From an uncultured Chloroflexia bacterium (GTDB taxonomy: Bacteria > Chloroflexota > Limnocylindria > Limnocylindrales > CSP1-4): a DNA stretch of 64,000 nucleotides. Where the stretch lies: contig CAVRGP010000001.1 of assembly GCA_963720755.1 (NCBI GenBank), positions 71,968-135,967 on the forward strand. The letters run 5' to 3'. The notes beneath the pieces are model-generated. The model ran no database searches and was not told the origin of the DNA. It saw nothing but the letters and a program-made list of their open reading frames with translations. The position numbers and the translations under genes were made by a program. Below, piece by piece: positions 1-9,408 of the stretch (position 1 is its first letter; each line of letters starts with the position of its first letter).

Positions 1-104
1 TGATCACGCTGGCCGCGCTCGCAGCCGCCTGTGCCATCGCGGCGTCGATCTGGCCGGAGCCATCTGGGGACTCGGAGCCGGTTCGGTTCGCCCAGTCGAG
101 CTTG

Positions 105-896
105 TTAGTCGAGCTTGGGCTCGCGAACCAGGTAGCGCTCCATGGCCGACGTCCAGACGACCCGGTCATCGTCGGTGATCGCGAGGGCGGCGTAGCCCGT
201 CTGTCCCTCGAGCCAGTGCAGGCCCGCTGAACCCATCACGTAGATGGCGGTGGCATAGGCGTCGGTGAAGGCAAGCCCGGGACCGACGACCGTGACGCTG
301 CGCAGGTCGGCCGACACCAGACCCGAGCGCGGATCGAAGATGTGGTCACCCCGCTCGTACGATCCGGACGTGGCGATCGCCCGATCGTGCACGTCGAGCA
401 GGGCCGCCACGGCGTCGGGCCGGTCCGGATGGCGGATGCCGACGCGCCATGGGCGACCCGGCTCCGCCTCGCCGCGGGCCACGATGTCACCGCCGCCATT
501 GAGCCAGTAATTCCGGCCGCCCGCCTCGTCGATCCGCCAGCCGGCCTCCTCGAGTGCCCAGCCTTTCACATACCCGGACGGGTCGACGCTGCCGTCGGAG
601 CGGTGGCCACGGGCGTCGAAGGCGCCGTCGGTGACCACGGCAAGGTGGTCGCAGGCGGCGAGGACCTGGCGGACGTCGAGGCTGCAATCCCACTCCGCCA
701 ATTCGCCCCGCGCGAGGCGAGCGATCTCGCTGTCGGGACGGTAGGTGCTGAACCGGGCGTCGATGTCGCGGAGTTGCTCGAACACGGCATCGAGGACGGC
801 CGGCTCGACCAGCGGTTCACGCACCTCCACGCTGATCGCCGTGCCCATGACCGACTCCACCCGTCGGAGCGATCCAGGCGACGATGCCGTGTCCAT
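105..896 (-). CDS. apbE: FAD:protein FMN transferase (ApbE family), no evident signal peptide
   Basis: ApbE motifs VMGT, FSTYRPDSEI, DPSGYVKGW, NGGGDI, ATSGSYERGDHI, ADAYATA-like TDAYATA. ATG at 896 overlaps the stop of the upstream gene (ATGA). Confidence 0.92.
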   Translation of the reverse strand: MDTASSPGSLRRVESVMGTAISVEVREPLVEPAVLDAVFEQLRDIDARFSTYRPDSEIARLARGELAEWDCSLDVRQVLAACDHLAVVTDGAFDARGHRSDGSVDPSGYVKGWALEEAGWRIDEAGGRNYWLNGGGDIVARGEAEPGRPWRVGIRHPDRPDAVAALLDVHDRAIATSGSYERGDHIFDPRSGLVSADLRSVTVVGPGLAFTDAYATAIYVMGSAGLHWLEGQTGYAALAITDDDRVVWTSAMERYLVREPKLD

Positions 897-2269
897 CAGT
901 AGGCGAAGCGTTCGGCGTGGATCTGGCGTCGAGGCAACCCAAGGCCGCGCAGCGAGGTCTCGATCGCCTGCATCATCGGGGCGGGCCCGCACACGTAGAC
1001 GTCGTGGTCCCCGATATCAGGCACGAGACGCTGCAGGCTCCGCGGTCCGAGCGGGTCGGGACGCTGGGTGCGAGGTCCAAGCAGGTAGTGAACGTTGGCA
1101 CCGCGCACCCTGGCCAGGGCGTCGATCTCCGATCGGAAGACGATGTCGTTCGCGTCCCTGGCCCGATACACGAGGGTCATGTCGCCAGGCTTGGCCGGGA
1201 GCGCCTCGAACAGCGCGCGCAGCGGAGTGATGCCGATCCCGCCGGCGATGAGCAGGACCTTCGGTTGCGTTCGGCGAGCCCCGGTGAGCGCCCCATACGG
1301 GCCTTCGATGAACACGCGGGTACCGACCTTCAGTCGCTGGAGTTCGTCCGACCAATCCCCCAGGTCCTTGATCGTGATCCGCAGCCACGCTCCGTTGGGA
1401 GCCGATGAGATCGAGAACGGATGACCCCGCCACCAGCCTTCGCGGCTCAGGAACCGCCAGACGAAGTACTGGCCGGATCGGACCGCGAGCTGATCGAGAT
1501 CGCGCCCGCCGATGTAGACGGACACGACCCCCGGCGCTTCGTACACCACGTTGGTCACGTGGAGTCGGTGCCGCCACGACAGGAGGGCCGGCTGGCCGAT
1601 GCGGAAGATCAGGACGAGGGCGATGGTCACGAGATACATGGCGACCCAATACCCGACGGCGACCGGGTCGTGGATGAAGTCTGCCCCGACGAACAGCTGA
1701 TGCAGGAACCCGAGGGCGATCGCGAGATAGGCGTAGAGATGGATCCCGTACCACGTCTCATAGGAGAGGCGTCGCCGGGCCGCCTTCATCGAGCTGATCG
1801 CGACCGCCCCGAACAGCACGGCGCTGGCGGTCGCCATCAGGACGTAGGGATAGGTATCGATCAACGTCCACAACTCGACGACGACGTTGGAGCCATCGCC
1901 CATCGCGTAGCCCGTGGTCGTGAGAACGACGTGACCGCCCAGGAGCCAGACGCAGGCGAAGCCAAGCCAGCGGTGTGCGCGCGCGAGTCCGTCCATCCCG
2001 AACACCTGGTCGAGCCAGGGACTTCTCGACATCAGGACGAGCTGGATGAGGGCGATGTACGTCCCGTACAGCGCGGTGAGTTGGCCAAGCCCGGTCAGGA
2101 TGCCACCGACGGTCCCGAGCTGGTCGAGGCCGCCATGGCGCACCCACATCGCGCCGATGAGCAGGCCGTTCGCGACCAACACTCCGACGATCTCGATCGA
2201 ACTGATCGACCACTGGCGCGGGAGCGGGACCTGACGGTAGCGGGCAGGTGTCACTGGCGGGCTGACCAT
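896..2269 (-). CDS. Ferric reductase-like transmembrane protein fused to FAD/NAD(P)H-binding FNR domain (bacterial NOX/FRE-like)
   Basis: About six hydrophobic helices with paired heme His (HRWLG...GHVV; GIHLY...LHQL), then HPFSISS, GPYG, IAGGIGITP, YVCGP and C-terminal ERF. Confidence 0.9.
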   Translation of the reverse strand: MVSPPVTPARYRQVPLPRQWSISSIEIVGVLVANGLLIGAMWVRHGGLDQLGTVGGILTGLGQLTALYGTYIALIQLVLMSRSPWLDQVFGMDGLARAHRWLGFACVWLLGGHVVLTTTGYAMGDGSNVVVELWTLIDTYPYVLMATASAVLFGAVAISSMKAARRRLSYETWYGIHLYAYLAIALGFLHQLFVGADFIHDPVAVGYWVAMYLVTIALVLIFRIGQPALLSWRHRLHVTNVVYEAPGVVSVYIGGRDLDQLAVRSGQYFVWRFLSREGWWRGHPFSISSAPNGAWLRITIKDLGDWSDELQRLKVGTRVFIEGPYGALTGARRTQPKVLLIAGGIGITPLRALFEALPAKPGDMTLVYRARDANDIVFRSEIDALARVRGANVHYLLGPRTQRPDPLGPRSLQRLVPDIGDHDVYVCGPAPMMQAIETSLRGLGLPRRQIHAERFAY

Positions 2270-2291
2270 GGTCGGACCGTGCCTGACAACC

Positions 2292-2332
2292 GTGAGACGA
2301 GTCTGAGAGTCGCGCTCTCAGAAAGCCTTCAG
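2292..2332. promoter_or_regulatory. Back-to-back OmpR/MprA-like direct-repeat boxes in a divergent promoter
   Basis: Minus strand TCTCAG-N5-TCTCAC (2308-2292) and plus strand TCTCAG-N5-CTTCAG (2316-2332). The inner halves form the inverted repeat TCTGAGAG-N5-CTCTCAGA. Confidence 0.55.
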
Positions 2333-2379
2333 GATCCCCGGCCCATGATCCAGTCGCCCTCGAATTAGGAGCTTCGCCG

Positions 2380-2928
2380 ATGTTCCCAAAGCGCGGCGCT
2401 GTGGCCATCGTGGTCACTGCACTGGCACTCGTCCTCCTGCTCTCGTTCAAGACGCCCGACGCACAGCCGATCGCGCTCGGGTCCGTCGTGTCGCCCGCGA
2501 CCGGGTCGTCGGGCGCGGCGGTCGTCACGACCCCGGCGCCGACCAGCCGGGCGGGCTCCGGATCCGGTTCGGCCCCGACCGCCGCGACGCCCGCGACGCC
2601 CGCCCCGGCGACCGGCGGTTCAGCGAAGTCCGCCAAAGCGACCGTGACGGGAAGCCTCGTTCAGACCAGGTATGGGGACGTCGAGGTCCAGGTCTCCGTC
2701 GCGAACGGATCGATCACGGACATCCAGGCGGTGGCGATGCCCTCCGGCGGGCGATCCGGTCAGATCTCCCGCTACGTGGCTCCGATCCTGGCCAGTGAAG
2801 CGCTTCAGGTCCAGAGCTCCCGGATCGACGTCATCTCGGGCGCGACCTACACCAGTGAGGCGTACGCTCAGTCGCTCCAGTCGGCACTCGACCAGGCCGG
2901 CATCGGCGTGATCCAGGTCAACGGCTGA
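2380..2928 (+). CDS. Exported/membrane-anchored FMN-binding domain protein (ApbE substrate)
   Basis: N-terminal hydrophobic segment, Ala/Thr/Pro linker, YGDVEVQV..NGSITDI fold motif and flavinylation motif IDVISGATYTS. GGAG RBS upstream. Confidence 0.9.
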   Translation: MFPKRGAVAIVVTALALVLLLSFKTPDAQPIALGSVVSPATGSSGAAVVTTPAPTSRAGSGSGSAPTAATPATPAPATGGSAKSAKATVTGSLVQTRYGDVEVQVSVANGSITDIQAVAMPSGGRSGQISRYVAPILASEALQVQSSRIDVISGATYTSEAYAQSLQSALDQAGIGVIQVNG

Positions 2929-4188
2929 TCAGCCCCCGCCGGCCTCGACCGGCAAGCCTCGCCGCTTCGCCAGGACCAGCTGCAGGTCCTGACTGATCCC
3001 GGTGGCGAAACCAGCCTCACTCAGGGCGAGGTAGTACTCCCACATCCGGATGAAGCGCTCGTCGAAGCCCTGCGCACGGACCTCCGGCAACCGCTCCAGG
3101 AACCGAGTCCGCCAGGCACGGAGCGTCAGCACGTAGCTCGCGGCGATGTCCGTGACGCTTTCGACCAGCAGGCCCGTTCGTGCCGTCGATCGTTCGATGA
3201 CCGCGAGCGATGGACACAGGCCGCCCGGGAAGATGTATGTCTGGATCCAGTTGGCGCCACGGCGCTGCGTCTCATAGGCCGCGTCCGGGAAGGTGATCGA
3301 CTGGATGCATGCTTTGCCGCCGGGCTTGAGGGCGGCGTCGACGACCGCGAAGTACGTCTCGAAATACTCGGCGCCGACGGCCTCGAGCATCTCGATCGAG
3401 ACGACGGCGTCGTAGGTCCCCTCGATGTCCCGGTAGTCGCGCAACTGGATGTCGACGAGATCGGTCAGACCCGCTTCGCGAACCCGCTCCGTGGCCAGGG
3501 CATGCTGTTCCTTGGAGATCGTGATGGAGGTCACCCGACAGCCGAGCTCGCCGGCCGCGTACAGCGCGAACCCGCCCCAGCCCGTCCCGATCTCGAGGAC
3601 GTGCATCCCCGGGGCGAGCCCGGCGCCGGCCGCCATCCGCCGGTACTTCTCGCGCTGGGCGTCGGCGAGCGACTGGTCCGGCGTCGCGAAGACGGCGCTC
3701 GAGTAGGTCATCGTCTCGTCGAGGAAGAGCCGATAGAAGTCGTTGCCCAGGTCGTAGTGGGCGCTGATGTTCCGGCGACTCTGGCCCTTCGTGTTGCGCC
3801 GGGTCCGGTGGGCGATCGTCCGTCCGAGCTGGGCCGGGACGCGCCACCAGCCGGTCGACAGGGCGAGCGCGGAGCAATTCAGGGCGGCGAGACGAAGGAG
3901 GGCTTCCAGATCCGGGCTGGACCACAAGCCGTCCATGTACGCCTCCCCGCCGCCGGTCTCGCCGTGGACGAGCATCCGCACGAGGGCCTGGACATCATGG
4001 ATGTGGATCTCGGCGCGGAGCTCCGCCGCCGGGTCCCCGAAGTCGCGTCGCGACCCGTCCGGCAGGACCGCGGTCAGGCGGCCGATCCGGATCCGCTCGG
4101 CGCCCTTGAGTGCGACCCGCCAGGCCAACCGCTCGAGGATCCCGCTCGAACCCGAAAGGTCGAGTTCCGTCGACGTCCGTTCACTCAT
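2929..4188 (-). CDS. cfa: Cyclopropane-fatty-acyl-phospholipid synthase family SAM methyltransferase (Cfa/UfaA1/UfaM-like)
   Basis: NISAHYDLGNDFY, MTYSSA, LEIGTGWGG, SIEMLEAVG, YIFPGG, RMWEYYL. ATGA-coupled start at 4188. Confidence 0.9.
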   Translation of the reverse strand: MSERTSTELDLSGSSGILERLAWRVALKGAERIRIGRLTAVLPDGSRRDFGDPAAELRAEIHIHDVQALVRMLVHGETGGGEAYMDGLWSSPDLEALLRLAALNCSALALSTGWWRVPAQLGRTIAHRTRRNTKGQSRRNISAHYDLGNDFYRLFLDETMTYSSAVFATPDQSLADAQREKYRRMAAGAGLAPGMHVLEIGTGWGGFALYAAGELGCRVTSITISKEQHALATERVREAGLTDLVDIQLRDYRDIEGTYDAVVSIEMLEAVGAEYFETYFAVVDAALKPGGKACIQSITFPDAAYETQRRGANWIQTYIFPGGLCPSLAVIERSTARTGLLVESVTDIAASYVLTLRAWRTRFLERLPEVRAQGFDERFIRMWEYYLALSEAGFATGISQDLQLVLAKRRGLPVEAGGG

Positions 4189-4925
4189 CGTGTGGCCTCG
4201 CCATGACGATGGAACCGCGCCCCCCGCCGCCACAGCTTGAGGGCGTGCCAGTGGATCGACGCGATCGTACGCTGCGTGACGAACGGGTGGCGTACCAGCA
4301 TGCGCGCGAGGTTCCGGTCGGTCAACGGTAGCCGGTCGAGGTCCAGGCTGGCGTGGAGCCTGAGCGCCCCTTCCTCATATTCATTGATGGTGATCCGCAG
4401 CCTTGCCGACTCGTCCCGGACGTGGACCGTGTAGCGACCCTCCATCTCGAGGAACGGTGAGACGTAGAAATCCTTGTCCATCGACGCCTCGAAGTCGGTT
4501 CCTGCCGCGGCCGGCCGAAGGGTGTACAGGTGGCGCTCGAGGTGGGTGTTGTGGACTTCCACGATCACGGCTCGAAGGTCGCCGGCCGCGTCGCGACACA
4601 GGAAGAAGCTGGCCGGGTTGAAGACATAGCCGAAGACCCGGAGGTTGGTGATCAGCGTGATCCGCCAATCATCGGGCTCGAACCCCTCCCCGCGCAGGTG
4701 CGCCCGGACATCGGAGTCGAGATCGGTCGCCGGTGGATCGAGATGATCGCCGTCACGGAAGACAAGGACGTTGCGTCCGTTCCGGACCAGGAGGCGGTTC
4801 GCATCCGAGACTTCGTCCAGTTCGGACAGGTCGAGGGCCGCGTAGTAGACGTGATGCTCCAACGCATAGGCGACCGGTGCAGCACGCCGATGACGGACGA
4901 CGCCCTCGAGCAGATGGGATCTCAT
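4185..4925 (-). CDS. DUF1365 family protein
   Basis: [42 protein letters not shown]. Start reassigned to MRSHLLEG (ATGA overlap). Confidence 0.88.
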   Translation of the reverse strand: MRSHLLEGVVRHRRAAPVAYALEHHVYYAALDLSELDEVSDANRLLVRNGRNVLVFRDGDHLDPPATDLDSDVRAHLRGEGFEPDDWRITLITNLRVFGYVFNPASFFLCRDAAGDLRAVIVEVHNTHLERHLYTLRPAAAGTDFEASMDKDFYVSPFLEMEGRYTVHVRDESARLRITINEYEEGALRLHASLDLDRLPLTDRNLARMLVRHPFVTQRTIASIHWHALKLWRRGARFHRHGEATR

Positions 4926-6202
4926 GCTGCCTGCTCCGCCTGGCCGGCGTCGCCGATCCGCTCGGCGACCTCGTACCCGGACCGACAACCGTCCTCGTGG
5001 AACCCATACCCGAGGTGGGCGCCGGCGTAGTAGGTGTCGCGATGGCCCTGGAGCCGCCCGATGGCGGATTGCGCCGCGAGCGACTGGAACGTATAGAGGG
5101 GATGGCTGAACGCACGGTCGAGGATGACCGCCTCGTCGCGGACTCGGTCGCCCGGGTTCACCGTTACGAAGTATTGGGTCGGGCTGGACAGGGCCTGGAG
5201 CCGGTTCATGTGGTAGGTCATCATGACGGCCGTTCCGGGCGGGTCGCAGGCGAGTTGATCGACATTCCACGACGACCAGGCCGCCCGTCGCCGGGGCATC
5301 ACATTCGTGTCCGTGTGCAGCACGACCTGGTTGCGGTTGTATTCGAACCCGGCCAGGGCTGATCGCTCGGACGCGTCTGCATCCTCGATCAGGCCGAGGG
5401 CGTCATCGGCATGGGTGGCCATGACCACGGCATCGAACCGCTGCCGGCCCACCCGACCGTTCGTCACGATCGAAGGACCGTACTCATCGCGGGTGACGGC
5501 GACGACCGGGTCGCCGGAACGGACCGCGCCCGCGGGCAGTGCGGCGACCAGTCGCTCCACGTACCGCTGGGACCCGCCGGTCACGGTCCGCCACGGCAGC
5601 GCCCGACCGACACCGATGAGACCGTGGTTGTCGAGGAAGCGGAGCAGGTAGTCGACCGGGTACTCGAGCGTGCGCCCGGGGGCGGTCGACCAGACGGCCG
5701 CCGTGATCGGCACGAGGAAGTGGTCGCGGAACGCCGCGCCGTATCGGCGGTCCGCAAGGTACTCACCGAGGGTCAGGCCCGTGGGTTCGGGGCCGTCGAG
5801 GATCGCCCGGGCATCACGGTAGAACCGCAGGATGTCGGGGAACATGCGCAGATGCGAGGGTCGGATCGCGAGGTCCTTCTGGGCGAAGAAGCCGGCCACG
5901 CCGCGCGAGCCGTACTCGACCGAGCACGACCGGCAGACCGAGGCGAACGACATGTCGCTCGGCTGGGTTTCGACGCCGAGTTCGGCGAATAGCCCGACGA
6001 GCCGTGGATACGTCGGCTCGTTGTAGACGATGAACCCGGTATCGATCGCCAGCGACGCGTCCGGTGTCTCGACCGGCACCGTTGCCACATGCCCGCCGGG
6101 CGTGGACTCACGTTCGAACAGGGCGACCTCGTGTCCCGACCTGTGCAGCGCATAGGTCGCGGTCAGACCGCTCACCCCGGCGCCGACGATGGCGACCTTC
6201 AT
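4922..6202 (-). CDS. FAD-dependent oxidoreductase (amine oxidase-like; UfaO/Rv0449c-like)
   Basis: [47 protein letters not shown]. Typical neighbour of DUF1365 and cfa. Confidence 0.88.
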   Translation of the reverse strand: MKVAIVGAGVSGLTATYALHRSGHEVALFERESTPGGHVATVPVETPDASLAIDTGFIVYNEPTYPRLVGLFAELGVETQPSDMSFASVCRSCSVEYGSRGVAGFFAQKDLAIRPSHLRMFPDILRFYRDARAILDGPEPTGLTLGEYLADRRYGAAFRDHFLVPITAAVWSTAPGRTLEYPVDYLLRFLDNHGLIGVGRALPWRTVTGGSQRYVERLVAALPAGAVRSGDPVVAVTRDEYGPSIVTNGRVGRQRFDAVVMATHADDALGLIEDADASERSALAGFEYNRNQVVLHTDTNVMPRRRAAWSSWNVDQLACDPPGTAVMMTYHMNRLQALSSPTQYFVTVNPGDRVRDEAVILDRAFSHPLYTFQSLAAQSAIGRLQGHRDTYYAGAHLGYGFHEDGCRSGYEVAERIGDAGQAEQAA

Positions 6203-6699
6203 TCGACGGCACCGAGCGCAACCGTCTCGGACACTGCCGCCGCCGGTCCCGCCTCGGCGGCTCGTCGGTCGAGCGCCTGCTGCATGCCAGCGAGGGCATC
6301 GCGTCCGATCTGGTCGAACCGGCCGCCCAGGAAGGGCTGGACGAGTCGGAGGATCCCCCCGAGCCGGATGTCGGCCGTATAGTCGATCAGGGTCCCGACG
6401 CCATCGGGAGCCGGTTCGAACCGGATCTCATCTGTCGCCGTGACCCGGGAACCTTCACCGAGAAGGACGACGCGGCGGCCCGGTTCGAAAACGGAGATCC
6501 GGTACTCCATCGGGGCGACCCGGCCACCCATCCGAACGCCGAGCCGATACCTGGCTCCGACCCCGACCGGGCCCGGATCGATCCGCTCCGAACTGGCGAC
6601 ACCCGGGTCCCAATCCACGGCATTGGCGAAATCCGAAACGAAGGTGAATGTCTCATCGAGCGCAAGGGGCGTCTCGATCCGTTCGTGCAGTCTGGTCAT
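6199..6699 (-). CDS. SRPBCC (polyketide cyclase/dehydrase, CoxG-like) family protein
   Basis: [21 protein letters not shown] pattern, C-terminal helix. Coupled to the downstream gene. Confidence 0.8.
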   Translation of the reverse strand: MTRLHERIETPLALDETFTFVSDFANAVDWDPGVASSERIDPGPVGVGARYRLGVRMGGRVAPMEYRISVFEPGRRVVLLGEGSRVTATDEIRFEPAPDGVGTLIDYTADIRLGGILRLVQPFLGGRFDQIGRDALAGMQQALDRRAAEAGPAAAVSETVALGAVE

Positions 6700-6749
6700 C
6701 GTTGCTCCGGCTCAGGTCGGTCATCATCGAGGGCCACAAGGAGCAGCCC

Positions 6750-7727
6750 ATGGATCCCAGGACCGCTATCGACGAGGCCCTCGAGGTCTCCGTCGTCGGG
6801 AGCTTCACTCGGGTCGGGATCTCGGTCCGTCACCATCTCTTCGATTGGCAAGTGCCGGCGGATGGGTCGCTTGACGGTCGGACCGTTCTCGTGACCGGCC
6901 CGACCTCGGGGCTCGGCCGCGAGGTGACCGGCACGCTCGCGGCACTCGGGGCCAGGGTGATCCTCGTCGGCCGGAACCCGGAGAAGCTGGGCGTGCTTCG
7001 CGACGCCCTGGTCACGACGCATCGGGAGGACCGGTTCCCCATCGTCGTCGCGGACATGTCGTCACTCGCCTCGGTCCGGGCCGCCGTCGAGCGCATCGTC
7101 GCGACGGAACCTCGGCTCGATGTCCTCATCGACAACGCCGGCGCCCTGTACGCCGAGCGGATGCAGAGCGCGGACGGCATCGAGGCCACGTTCGCCGTCC
7201 TCACCGTCGGTCCCTTCGTCCTCATCGGGGGGCTCATGCCGCTGCTCCGCGCCACGGGCCGCGCACGAGTCATCAACGTCACCTCCGGCGGGCAGTACAC
7301 GCAGGCCCTGGACCTCGACGACCTCGAGGGCGCCTCGCTGCCCTTTTCCGGCGCGCGCGCCTATGCCCGAGCGAAGCGGGCTCAGGTGGCACTCATGCGC
7401 GAGTGGGCCCGACGATCGGCCGGAACGGGGGTCACCATCAATGCGATGCACCCGGGGTGGGCGGACACGCCGGGGATCGAGGCCAGCCTGCCCGGCTTCT
7501 ATCGCCTGATGCGACCGCTCCTGCGCACGCCCGCCGAGGGCGCTGACACCATCGTCTGGCTCGCTGCCGCACCGGAGGCAGCCGGCCTGACCGGCCGGTT
7601 GTTCCTCGACCGGCGGGCACGCCCGTTCGACCGGGTACCCGGCACGCGGCTATCGGCCGCGGACCGACGACGGCTGTGGGACCTGATCGTCGAACGCACG
7701 GGCGGGGTGGACCCGGCACCGGACTGA
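6750..7727 (+). CDS. Short-chain dehydrogenase/reductase (DHRS12/retinol DH-like)
   Basis: VTGPTSGLG, DNAG, YARAK (YxxxK), MHPGWADTPG. AAGGAG RBS before ATG 6750. Confidence 0.88.
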   Translation: MDPRTAIDEALEVSVVGSFTRVGISVRHHLFDWQVPADGSLDGRTVLVTGPTSGLGREVTGTLAALGARVILVGRNPEKLGVLRDALVTTHREDRFPIVVADMSSLASVRAAVERIVATEPRLDVLIDNAGALYAERMQSADGIEATFAVLTVGPFVLIGGLMPLLRATGRARVINVTSGGQYTQALDLDDLEGASLPFSGARAYARAKRAQVALMREWARRSAGTGVTINAMHPGWADTPGIEASLPGFYRLMRPLLRTPAEGADTIVWLAAAPEAAGLTGRLFLDRRARPFDRVPGTRLSAADRRRLWDLIVERTGGVDPAPD

Positions 7728-7728
7728 T

Positions 7729-8853
7729 TCACGGGTGGGTTCGGCGGCCGGCCTCCGTGGCCGCGGCGATGAGTCCGGCGAGGCCCGCCTCGAGGTCATC
7801 CGGTGATGGCCAGCCGTAGCCGAGCCGGAAGTGCCGGCGGGGCTGATCGAACCAATGACCTGGCCCGACGACCGTGCCGTACCGCTCGAGCAGGATCCGA
7901 TAGAACGCATCGATGTCGACGTCGACCTCGGGTCGGAATCGCGGGAACCCGACCACGCCACCTCCCGGCTCCACCCATTCGAACGTGTCCTGGGCCGCCA
8001 TCCAGGCTCGGACCGCGGCGAGGGCCAGGGCGATCGCCGGCCGGATCACGGCCAGCCGTTCCGGCCGCCGTGCCATCGCCACTTCGGCGATCGCCTCGTC
8101 GACCACGGAGTTCGTGATCAGGATCTGCTCCTTGGCCGCGAGAAAGCGCTCGAACAAGGCCCGGTCGCGGGTGATCAGCCAACCGATCCGGATCCCCGGC
8201 AGGCCGTCCGACTTGGACAGCGAGGAGACGCTGATGGCACGCTCCGACCGGCTCGCCGCGACCGGCGACGGGCCACCGAAGGTCATCTCCCGGTAGGTCT
8301 CATCGATGAGCAGTCGCGCGGTCGGGTGGCCCTCGACGAGCGCGAGGACCGCCCGGATCGTGTCCTCCGGCAGCACCTGTCCGGTCGGGTTGTGCGGGTT
8401 CGTCAGCGACACGAGCTTCGTTCGCGGCGTCATCAGCGCCGCGATCCTGGCCGGGTCCACGGCCCAGCCCTCCTCGTGGCGCAGGTCGAGGTAGCTGATG
8501 TCGGCCCCGATGGCGCGGGGCGTTTCCAGGTTCGTCGCGTAGTTCGGCCGGGCGACGATCATGTGGTCGCCCGGGCCGAGGAGACCGGTCGCGACGATGA
8601 ACAGCGCGGCAGCGGCGCCCGGCGTCACGAGCACGTCATCGACGGACAGGCCCGCACCGCCGGCGGCGATAGCCGCTCGCAGTCCCGGTCGTCCGAGGTG
8701 GTCGCCGTACATCAGGACGAGGTCGTCCAACTCCACGCCCAGATCGCGCAGGGGCGTGTCGGCGACGGAACTTTCAGCGAGGTTGTGGCGGATCCGGTCG
8801 TAGCCGAACTGTTCGGGCGACTCGACTTCGATCGGCATGCGACGGTAATCCAC
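7729..8853 (-). CDS. PLP-dependent aminotransferase class I/II
   Basis: NPHNPTG, IDETY, SSLSKSDGLPGIRIGW. GTG start 8853 lies 6 nt after a TATCCT -10-like hexamer. Confidence 0.88.
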   Translation of the reverse strand: MDYRRMPIEVESPEQFGYDRIRHNLAESSVADTPLRDLGVELDDLVLMYGDHLGRPGLRAAIAAGGAGLSVDDVLVTPGAAAALFIVATGLLGPGDHMIVARPNYATNLETPRAIGADISYLDLRHEEGWAVDPARIAALMTPRTKLVSLTNPHNPTGQVLPEDTIRAVLALVEGHPTARLLIDETYREMTFGGPSPVAASRSERAISVSSLSKSDGLPGIRIGWLITRDRALFERFLAAKEQILITNSVVDEAIAEVAMARRPERLAVIRPAIALALAAVRAWMAAQDTFEWVEPGGGVVGFPRFRPEVDVDIDAFYRILLERYGTVVGPGHWFDQPRRHFRLGYGWPSPDDLEAGLAGLIAAATEAGRRTHP

Positions 8854-8964
8854 GACCTGAGGATACGGGGACGGGAGTCGCATCGAAGGGTCGGCCGCAG
8901 CGACGGCAGCCGGACGGGACCGCCCTGTCGTGCAGTATTCCACGGTGCCATGTACTATCCTTGC

Positions 8965-9408
8965 GTGCCTGAACTAGCTGACCCGAACGATGCGCTGACC
9001 GCCGCGTCGCTGGATCTCCTGCGCGTCTTCCGGGACATCCCGCGCCCCGTGCCGCCCCGGCCGGCCGCCGACCTGACCCTCGGCCAGATCCGGCTGCTCT
9101 TCCTCCTCCGCCGGGAAGGCCCCCAGCCGATGGGTCGGATCGCCGAGGTGTTCAGCCTCAGCTCCACGGCCGTGACCGGTTTCGTCGCCCGGATCGAGCG
9201 ACACGACCTGGTCGAGCGGCGCCACCGATCCGATGACCGTCGGATCGTCGAATGCCGGCTGACCGATGCCGGGGAACAATTCCTCGACGCGCTGTCCGGT
9301 GTCCGGCTGGACGCCGTCAAACGGGCGCTCGGCGTCCTCAGCCCGCACGAGCTGTCCGGCTTCCATCGGCTGGTCCGCCACATCCACGATCAGCAGGCGC
9401 GGCCATGA
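8965..9408 (+). CDS. MarR family transcriptional regulator
   Basis: LTLGQIRLL, STAVTGFVARIE..LVERR..DDRRIV..LTDAG winged helix. Start uncertain (GTG 8965 or ATG 8950). Confidence 0.88.
   Translation: MPELADPNDALTAASLDLLRVFRDIPRPVPPRPAADLTLGQIRLLFLLRREGPQPMGRIAEVFSLSSTAVTGFVARIERHDLVERRHRSDDRRIVECRLTDAGEQFLDALSGVRLDAVKRALGVLSPHELSGFHRLVRHIHDQQARP

Noticed and set aside
1-104. Possible 3' end of a plus-strand membrane protein gene at the window start
   Set aside because: Too little sequence, and the hydrophobic frame does not stop before running into apbE, so it cannot be called.
94-117. 11-bp direct repeat AGTCGAGCTTG at 94-104 and 107-117 spanning the apbE stop
   Set aside because: It looks like a small local duplication. 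No transposase or element lies between the copies, so it is not a supportable target-site duplication.
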